A stretch of DNA of 18,518 nucleotides from Rhodothermales bacterium (GTDB lineage Bacteria; Bacteroidota; Rhodothermia; Rhodothermales; VXPQ01): contig JBBDTI010000022.1 of assembly GCA_040904565.1 (NCBI GenBank), positions 29,973 to 48,490 of the forward strand, read 5' to 3'. Made by a program: the position numbers and the translations under genes. The notes beneath the pieces are model-generated. The model was given only the letters and a program-made list of their open reading frames with translations. It had not been told where the DNA came from and searched no databases. Positions 7,770 to 14,270 of the stretch are shown here, in pieces (position 1 is the stretch's first letter; each line of letters opens with the position of its first letter).

Positions 7770-9203
7770 CTATTCGTCGTGGGGCAGGGAGCCCCTATGA
7801 GACCGTAGATAGACGAACGGCGTGTGGTGCAGGAAATTGGAGACACGGCCCGTATAAACGTCAGCGTAGCGTTCGATCTGACGGGCCAGGTGACTCTTGT
7901 CGTTTCCCGCCCGCATGAGCAATCCCCAGTTCGAATTGAGGAGACGCCCGGTTTCCTCCGCCAGCGGAACCACCTGTTCGTCGACTTCGATCACGCGCTC
8001 CCTGACGCGCTGGAGCTCGGCTTTGAGTTCCTCGGCGGAGGCCTCCACCTGCGGACCGTAACCCGATCGATTGCGCTGCAGAGCCAGTCGGATCCGTGAA
8101 TATTCTGCCTCCAGTTCTTCCTTGCGAGCCATCAGCGACGAGAGGCGGTCGCGGCCCTCGGCAAACTGCCGCATCGCGACGATTTCGTCTTCGAGCTCGC
8201 GAATCACGAGCGCGGTGCGCCACCGCAGCACGTTCTTCGAGATGTTCACGTCCACAAAAATGTGATCCCCTACGTACAGGATCTCTTCGCCGCGCAGCCC
8301 CAAACTCTCCTCGACGAGACGGGCGTTGCCGCCCACGTAGACGCGGCCCTGCTGCAGCGATCCGATGTGCTCGCGCAGCAGCCCCTCTGCGGTGGCCACC
8401 TCGTACGCCGGTGCCCGTCCCGAAAAGAAGTCCGGCTTCCGGGCACCAACGATCGCGATATCGAACAGGTCGCGCCACGTCTCGTCGCCCGGTAGAAACG
8501 GATCGAAAACGTAGCGGAGCATGGGCTCGGCATACGACCACTCGGAGTTGGTGATCAGCAGAATTTTCTTACCTGCCCTTTTCTGGTCGAGCAGCGCGAC
8601 GGGCATATCCTCGTCGAGATCCACGAACCGATCCGGCTCCGCGACGATTTCTGCTTTCAGCGTCCCCTCCATGTGGGCCTCATCAAGCGAACGGCGCACG
8701 AGGCGGTAGAGTCCGTCGTACCCGAGTGCACCCGGCAGCACGTCCTGGTCGAGCAGGTCGACGAGCTGCAAATACATGCACGCTTCCGAAATCGAAAAGA
8801 GCGTGTTGAGAAAGTACCAGCGCGCTTCGTTCAGGTCCACGAGCGTTCGTTCGTATACCTCACGCAGCTCCTCGTACGGAAGAGGCCTCGTGCCATGATA
8901 GGCCCGCTTGACGTAGCCGAAGCGATTGCACTTCACGAGGTTGCCCCGCTCCGTATCGATGATGAGTCCGCGCAGGGACAGTTCGGCATCGAACTCGAGC
9001 CCTCCGACGGGCCAGCCCTGCTCGCTCAATCGCCTCTTGAGCATCACGTACGCCCGCTCCTCCCACGCCTCCATCCGATAGTGGATCAGGGTGTAGTCCA
9101 TGTCGTAGCCGATCGCCTTGATGCGCCGCATGTTCAGCGTTCGGTTGCAGTAGATGCCCCTAATGGAGCGCTGCGCGTCCTGATCCATCACGTTCTGCCG
9201 CAC
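7770..9203 (-). CDS. HAD-IG family 5'-nucleotidase (cN-II/NT5C2-like purine nucleotidase)
   Basis: HAD motif I GYDMDYTL, motif II LITNS, motif III ARKP, motif IV YVGDHIFVD, plus WRTALVIRELE and RYADVYT, which are typical of cN-II. Start is GTG 9203 (AAGGAA upstream) or ATG 9188. Confidence 0.9.
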   Translation of the reverse strand: MRQNVMDQDAQRSIRGIYCNRTLNMRRIKAIGYDMDYTLIHYRMEAWEERAYVMLKRRLSEQGWPVGGLEFDAELSLRGLIIDTERGNLVKCNRFGYVKRAYHGTRPLPYEELREVYERTLVDLNEARWYFLNTLFSISEACMYLQLVDLLDQDVLPGALGYDGLYRLVRRSLDEAHMEGTLKAEIVAEPDRFVDLDEDMPVALLDQKRAGKKILLITNSEWSYAEPMLRYVFDPFLPGDETWRDLFDIAIVGARKPDFFSGRAPAYEVATAEGLLREHIGSLQQGRVYVGGNARLVEESLGLRGEEILYVGDHIFVDVNISKNVLRWRTALVIRELEDEIVAMRQFAEGRDRLSSLMARKEELEAEYSRIRLALQRNRSGYGPQVEASAEELKAELQRVRERVIEVDEQVVPLAEETGRLLNSNWGLLMRAGNDKSHLARQIERYADVYTGRVSNFLHHTPFVYLRSHRGSLPHDE

Positions 9204-9230
9204 TTGTCGACGTTCCTTCGTTGCCCGACC

Positions 9231-9256
9231 CGCGGCGTACGAAACGCGACGCCGCG
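9231..9256. other. GC-rich hairpin between dctM and the nucleotidase gene
   Basis: CGCGGCGT (9231-9238) and ACGCCGCG (9249-9256) form a perfect 8-bp stem with a 10-nt loop. There is no U-tract, so it is not a clear intrinsic terminator. Confidence 0.45.
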
Positions 9257-9271
9257 ACGCCGATCATCTCG

Positions 9272-10603
9272 TTAAATTAACCACGTCACCAGTTCCGGAT
9301 ATAGAATTATCAATAACAAACCGACGGCCTGAATCCCGATGAAGGGTATGGCGCCCCGGTAGATCTGGGCCGTCGTCACCTCCGGCGGAGCAACGCCGCG
9401 GAGGTAAAACAGCGCAAAACCGAACGGTGGAGTAAGAAATGAGGTCTGCAGGTTCATCGCGATCATGACACCGAACCACACGAGATCCACGCCGAGCAGC
9501 GACGCTGCCGGGGCGAGCAGCGGTACGATGATAAACGCGATCTCGAAGAAGTCGATGAAGAATCCGAGGACGAAGATGATCAGGTTCGTCACGATGATCA
9601 GTCCGACGACGCCGCCCGGGAGATTGGTCAGCAAGTCTTCGATCCAGATATCGCCGTTGACGCCGATGAACACGAGCGAGAATGCCCGGGCGCCGACCAG
9701 AAGAATCATGACCATGGCCGTCAGCTTGGTGGTCTCCCGCATGGTCTCCCGCATCGCGTCGAACGTCAGCCGTCGGTTGGCCGCCGCCAGCAAGATGGCT
9801 CCCAGCGCCCCGAGCGCTCCGGCTTCCGTCGGTGTCGCTACGCCGGCGAAAATGCTGCCGAGTACGATGACGATCAGCAGGAGCGGGGGCAGCATGACGA
9901 GCAGCACCCGCCGTGCCAGCTCAAGGTGGGGAATGTCGCGTTCCTCCTCGGGAAGGGCCGGTGCCGATTCCGGTCGAAAGAAAGCCACGCCAAACGCATA
10001 CAGCGCGTAGAGTCCGGCCAGAATCATCCCCGGAACCAGTGCCGCGAGAAACAGATCGCCGACGGATACGCGGCCGGCTACGCTCAACTGGTCGGCGAGA
10101 ACAATGAGCACGATACTTGGAGGAATGATCTGTCCCAGCGTCCCCGACGCGGAAATCACGCCCGCGGAAAGCTCGTTGGAATACCCGTATCGAATCATGA
10201 CGGGAAGCGAGATGACGCCCATCGCCACGACGGAAGCCCCCACGACCCCGGTCGCCGCCGCCAAGAGCGCACCCACGAAGACGACGGCGATGGCGAGCCC
10301 GCCGCGCACGCGCCCGAACAACAATCCGATCGTCTGGAGGAGATCCTCCGCCAGGCGGGACTTCTCGAGCATCATCCCCATAAATATGAAATAGGGCACG
10401 GCCAGCAGGAGCGTGTTGGACATTACGTCGAAGACGCGATCCGGCATGGCCAGCATCAGCTGCCAGTTGAGCAGTCCGACCTCGACGCCGATGAAAGCAA
10501 ACACGAGAGCCGTTCCGCCCAGCGCGAAGGCCACGGGATAGCCCGTGAAGATCAGCAGCAGGGCGCCCGCAAACATGAGTGGACCCAGCCAGTCGCCCGT
10601 CAT
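9272..10603 (-). CDS. dctM: TRAP transporter large permease subunit DctM
   Basis: Highly hydrophobic 443 aa. Motifs GYPVAFALGG, LLAVPYFIFMG, SGTLGQIIPPS, ATPTEAGALG and QTSFLTPPFGFALFYLRGVAP. Overlaps the dctQ stop (ATGA, 10600-10603). Confidence 0.95.
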   Translation of the reverse strand: MTGDWLGPLMFAGALLLIFTGYPVAFALGGTALVFAFIGVEVGLLNWQLMLAMPDRVFDVMSNTLLLAVPYFIFMGMMLEKSRLAEDLLQTIGLLFGRVRGGLAIAVVFVGALLAAATGVVGASVVAMGVISLPVMIRYGYSNELSAGVISASGTLGQIIPPSIVLIVLADQLSVAGRVSVGDLFLAALVPGMILAGLYALYAFGVAFFRPESAPALPEEERDIPHLELARRVLLVMLPPLLLIVIVLGSIFAGVATPTEAGALGALGAILLAAANRRLTFDAMRETMRETTKLTAMVMILLVGARAFSLVFIGVNGDIWIEDLLTNLPGGVVGLIIVTNLIIFVLGFFIDFFEIAFIIVPLLAPAASLLGVDLVWFGVMIAMNLQTSFLTPPFGFALFYLRGVAPPEVTTAQIYRGAIPFIGIQAVGLLLIILYPELVTWLI

Positions 10604-11166
10604 ATTCCCTCCCAGATCTCGTCGGGGTCCACCAGCTCCGCTTCCGTGACGAGCCCTTTAAGCAGTGCAATCTGCTTAACGGCCATGCTTATGCCCTGCA
10701 GAAAGAGGAGAAAGAACGCGATCGGGATGGCCGTCTTGATGGGATATCGCGGCAGCCCCCCTGGATCAGGCGACATTTCGAGAACCGCCCACGAGTTGCT
10801 CACGGTCGGCCACGACGTCCACATGACGAACACGCAGAAGGGCAGCAGAAAGATCAGCGTACCGACCAGATTGATCCACGCCCGGCCCCTTGGACCTACC
10901 CGCATGAAGAGCACGTCCACGCGCACGTGGGCGTTGTGGCGCAGCGTATAGGCCGCGGCCAGCAGAAATACGAGGCTGTACATGTACCACTGCAGCTCGA
11001 TATACGTGTTCGAGCTGAGTCCGAGTCCCGTGAACCGGTCGACGTACCGAACGAGGGCGTTGAATGACCCGACGAGCACCATAAACAGCGTCAGCCAGTA
11101 GACGAGCCGGCCGATCCGCTCGTTCAGGCGGTCGATCAAATGGGCGATGCGAAGCCAGGTGGTCAT
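10600..11166 (-). CDS. dctQ: TRAP transporter small permease subunit DctQ
   Basis: Four hydrophobic segments, ELQWY, HVRVDV and SPDPGGLPRYPIK. The likely start is ATG 11166 (MTTWLRIA); the ORF extends to 11205. Confidence 0.92.
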   Translation of the reverse strand: MTTWLRIAHLIDRLNERIGRLVYWLTLFMVLVGSFNALVRYVDRFTGLGLSSNTYIELQWYMYSLVFLLAAAYTLRHNAHVRVDVLFMRVGPRGRAWINLVGTLIFLLPFCVFVMWTSWPTVSNSWAVLEMSPDPGGLPRYPIKTAIPIAFFLLFLQGISMAVKQIALLKGLVTEAELVDPDEIWEGI

Positions 11167-11429
11167 GGTGGGTGCGAATCTAGCCAATCGGCTCGCCAAA
11201 AGCATCCTTCACCGATACCTCTGACGCCGGCACATTACGAAAATGGCCGTGCGTGGAATTTAAGGTTTCATATTCTTTCGTCGATACCTGAAAGTGCTGG
11301 ACGGCCGTGCAGAGGAAACCGTTTCTGAAGCACGCGGCACCGTCTCGGACGCCCGCTGGTTCGTCGCACGCACGCTCGTGCGGCGTTGTGAGGCGCCGGC
11401 GGATGCATGCCCCCGCGTAGAGGAATACA

Positions 11430-11879
11430 ATGGAGCGCAAACCAACGATCTTGCTGGCCGAGGACCATCCCGTCAATCGGGAGGTGGCGGAGCACATCCT
11501 GCATCGCCTGGGCTACGACGTCGACGTAGCCGTCGATGGTCGGGAAGTACTGGCCGCCGTGAGAAAAAAGGATTATCCACTCATCCTGATGGACCTGCGC
11601 ATGCCCGAAATCGATGGTTTTGAGGCCACCCGTCGTATCCATCTCGAAATTCCCCCGGAACGCCGACCGGTCATAGCAGCCATGACGGCTGACGTCACCC
11701 ACCAGAACAGGGAGCGCTGCCGCGATCTGGGCATGATCGCCTTCATCACGAAGCCGATCGAAAAAAAACAGCTCGCCAAGATCCTCGAAAACTACGTAGA
11801 CGCCGGTCGTGGCCGCGCAGCCGAAATTAGCGGCGACGGCGCCGCAACCGGCATGCCCTTTCCTCCAGACCTTCAGTAG
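11430..11879 (+). CDS. Stand-alone CheY-like response regulator receiver protein
   Basis: ILLAEDH acidic pocket, LILMDLRMP phospho-Asp, AMTA and TKP. RBS-like AGAGGA at 11419-11424, with an in-frame stop at 11418 fixing the start. Confidence 0.88.
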   Translation: MERKPTILLAEDHPVNREVAEHILHRLGYDVDVAVDGREVLAAVRKKDYPLILMDLRMPEIDGFEATRRIHLEIPPERRPVIAAMTADVTHQNRERCRDLGMIAFITKPIEKKQLAKILENYVDAGRGRAAEISGDGAATGMPFPPDLQ

Positions 11880-11904
11880 GAGGGCCGCGCGGTGCCAGAC
11901 GGAT

Positions 11905-11922
11905 GGTTTGCGCGCGCAAACC
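11905..11922. repeat. Perfect 18-bp palindrome GGTTTGCGCGCGCAAACC in a convergent intergenic region (possible bidirectional terminator stem or protein-binding site)
   Basis: Self-complementary sequence read directly. It extends to 11902-11925 with G-U pairs. Confidence 0.75.
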
Positions 11923-12009
11923 GTTGCGTGACCGATGGTCTCCGCACGCGTGGCTCTGTCAGCCCGTCACCCAGGCGCCAGGTTAACGCCTGAACGTGCC
12001 CCGGTACAT

Positions 12010-13380
12010 CTAATCGTCGTCCTCGGCATATCGTCGAACCCGCCGCGCGAGATTCTCTTCCGCGTCGCGCCGCCGCTGCTCCTCGAGGCGGCGCCGGACC
12101 TCTTCCTCGTAACCTTCGTCGCTCGGATCGTAGAAGTAGGTGCCCTGCATCGTGCTTGGCAGATACTGCTGCGGCACGTAATGTTCACGGAAGGCGTGGG
12201 GATACTTGTACCCCTTCCCGTGACCCAGCCCCTCCCGATCCCGATTCGCGTCTTTCAGATGGTTGGGGACCTCCCCAGACGTCTCATTGCGGACGTGCTC
12301 CAGCGCGCTGAAATACGACATGGATGAATTGCTTTTCGGCGCGGTCGCCAGATAGAGACAGCATTCCGCAAGGAGAAACTGGCCTTCCGGCATGCCTACG
12401 TACTCGAAACCCTGCGCCGTTGCCGCGGCCATACGCAGCGCGCGGGGATCCGCAAGTCCGACATCTTCGGCCGCGAAGATGAGCATGCGGCGGATGATGA
12501 AGCGCGGATCCTCGCCCGCGTATACCATCTTCGCCATCCAGTACAGCGCGGCGTCCGGATCCGAGCCTCGCAGGCTCTTGATGAACGCGCTGATGGTGTC
12601 GTAATGGACGTCGCCCTCCTTGTCGTAGAGCACCGCCCGCTTCTGGATGCTGTCCTCCGCCACCTCCACGTCGATGCGAACGACGCCCTCCTCGTCGGGC
12701 GGCGTCGTCTCGATGGCCAGCTCTAGAGCGTTCAGCACCGAGCGGGCGTCACCGTTTGCCGTATCGATGAGATGATCCAGGGCGGCGGGCTCGACCTCGA
12801 CGTCCAGCCGCCCGTAACCCCGCTCCTCATCTTCCAGCGTGTGGAGCGCGATAGCCCGCAGTGCATCCTCACCGAGCGTTCGAAGCTCGAAAACGCGCGA
12901 GCGACTCACGAGCGCCTTGTTCACCTCGAAATACGGATTCTCCGTCGTTGCACCGATCAGCACGACCGTACCGTTTTCCACGTGCGGCAGGAGAGCGTCC
13001 TGCTGCGACTTGTTGAATCGATGCACCTCATCCACAAACAGGATCGTGCGCTGCTGATGCAGCTCGAGCCGGCGCCGCGCATCCTCTATCGCCTGACGAA
13101 TGTCCTTCACGCCCGAAAGCACGGCGTTCAGCGAGGTAAATTGGGCGCGCGTGGTGTTGGCGATGATGCGCGCGAGCGTGGTCTTGCCGCTTCCGGGAGG
13201 CCCATAGAAGATGAGAGACGTGACGCGGTCGGCTTCGATGGCCCGCCGCAGCAGTTTGCCCTCCCCCAGAATATGCTCCTGACCGACGAACTCATCGAGC
13301 GTGCGCGGCCTCATGCGCTCGGCCAGCGGCGCACTGGATTTCAGATGTCGGCGGGCGGCTTCTTCAAAAAGATCGGTCAT
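12010..13380 (-). CDS. rarA: Replication-associated recombination protein A (RarA/MgsA AAA+ ATPase)
   Basis: PLAERMRP, Walker A GPPGSGKT, Walker B FVDEVHRFNKSQQDALLP, ATTENP, ISAFIKSLRGSDPDAALY and GHGKGYKYPH. Confidence 0.96.
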   Translation of the reverse strand: MTDLFEEAARRHLKSSAPLAERMRPRTLDEFVGQEHILGEGKLLRRAIEADRVTSLIFYGPPGSGKTTLARIIANTTRAQFTSLNAVLSGVKDIRQAIEDARRRLELHQQRTILFVDEVHRFNKSQQDALLPHVENGTVVLIGATTENPYFEVNKALVSRSRVFELRTLGEDALRAIALHTLEDEERGYGRLDVEVEPAALDHLIDTANGDARSVLNALELAIETTPPDEEGVVRIDVEVAEDSIQKRAVLYDKEGDVHYDTISAFIKSLRGSDPDAALYWMAKMVYAGEDPRFIIRRMLIFAAEDVGLADPRALRMAAATAQGFEYVGMPEGQFLLAECCLYLATAPKSNSSMSYFSALEHVRNETSGEVPNHLKDANRDREGLGHGKGYKYPHAFREHYVPQQYLPSTMQGTYFYDPSDEGYEEEVRRRLEEQRRRDAEENLARRVRRYAEDDD

Positions 13381-13431
13381 CGCTGGAATAGAAAGGAGAC
13401 GTAGCGTGGTCGAATGGTATGGTGAAACGCC

Positions 13432-14079
13432 TTACGCGATGCCGGCGCGGTGGAGGAGGGACGTTACCCCTTCCTCAAACAGTTTCGCACCTCCCTGGGA
13501 TGGGTGCCGCACGTACGTGTTTTCGACGCCCAGCCTGTCGAGCGCACGTTCCGCCTTTCTTCCGATGGCCGCGACGTGGCCTGGTCGGATGGCATCCACG
13601 AAGGCCGCCGTGATGGATTCGAACGAATCGATCTCGGCGGCCGCGGGCGTTCGGATCGACAGCGGCTTTCCCGCCTTATGCGGATGAAACGGGACCGTGT
13701 TCCACGTCAGGAACGCCGGGAAATAGGGCTCCAGCACGCGCCAGAAGATGCGGGCACTGTATTCCGAGTGCGGATCCCCTCCATCGCTCGTACGCCGCCC
13801 TGTCAGGGGAAACGTGTCGTCCAGCAGCTGGGACTCGCTCGTAATGGGCACACCGGTAAACCGCGCTCCCCAGGGGCCCGGGGCCTCGACGAGCAGAAAG
13901 ACGGACGGCATCCGATCGTACGCCAGAAGATACCCCCGCAGGTTAGCCCTGCGAACGGCCGGAGCATCGGGGATGTCGAGCTCCGCATGGCGATCGCGGT
14001 ACATGTTAAAGAGGCATTCTGTAGAAGGCCGGTCGAACAGCTGATCTTCCAGCAGGTCCCATATCGGGTCCATCAACAT
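13432..14079 (-). CDS. Uracil-DNA glycosylase superfamily protein (atypical motif A)
   Basis: EAPG...FTGVPITSE motif A region, WNTVPFHP, RTP...EI, AIGRKA and the C-terminal RHPSQGG motif B. Start at 14079 or 14073. Confidence 0.8.
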   Translation of the reverse strand: MLMDPIWDLLEDQLFDRPSTECLFNMYRDRHAELDIPDAPAVRRANLRGYLLAYDRMPSVFLLVEAPGPWGARFTGVPITSESQLLDDTFPLTGRRTSDGGDPHSEYSARIFWRVLEPYFPAFLTWNTVPFHPHKAGKPLSIRTPAAAEIDSFESITAAFVDAIRPGHVAAIGRKAERALDRLGVENTYVRHPSQGGAKLFEEGVTSLLHRAGIA

Positions 14080-14173
14080 GTGGTAGGCGTTAAATCAATG
14101 CATTTACGGTCAATCGAAGCGCTACCAGTCCACCCGATCCGCCCGGCGCGTGAACCGTCACCGCAATTATCAA

Positions 14174-14179
14174 TATAAT
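14174..14179 (+). promoter_or_regulatory. Candidate -10 box (TATAAT) for lysAC
   Basis: Consensus TATAAT in an AT-rich patch (AATTATCAATATAAT) about 90 nt upstream of ATG 14271. No good -35 is visible. Confidence 0.35.
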
Positions 14180-14270
14180 CGCGCACGTTTTGTTGCCTAT
14201 ACGCTTCAGGCGCATGGCGCCTCAACACACCCGGCCGATTCCCTTCCGCCTTCCGAGAGCAGCGCACGAC

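Noticed and set aside
9730-9754. Perfect 12-bp tandem repeat (TGGTCTCCCGCA x2) encoding MRETMRET in DctM
   Set aside because: In frame, only two copies, and it lies in an amphipathic helix that does not look longer than usual for DctM. There is no evidence for a contingency locus.
11305-11360. Resemblance to a c-di-GMP-I riboswitch (GGAAACC...GGACGC)
   Set aside because: It lacks the GNRA-capped P2 and the GCAAAGCC/P3 receptor elements, so the match is only superficial.
11294-11623. 109-aa ORF overlapping the receiver gene, considered as a frameshifted kinase remnant
   Set aside because: No H-box, HATPase or HPt motifs. The receiver gene has its own RBS and an in-frame upstream stop.
14080-14270. 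Possible lysine riboswitch or attenuator upstream of lysAC
   Set aside because: No AGAGG-type L-box core, no Lys-rich leader peptide and no terminator with a U-tract are visible.
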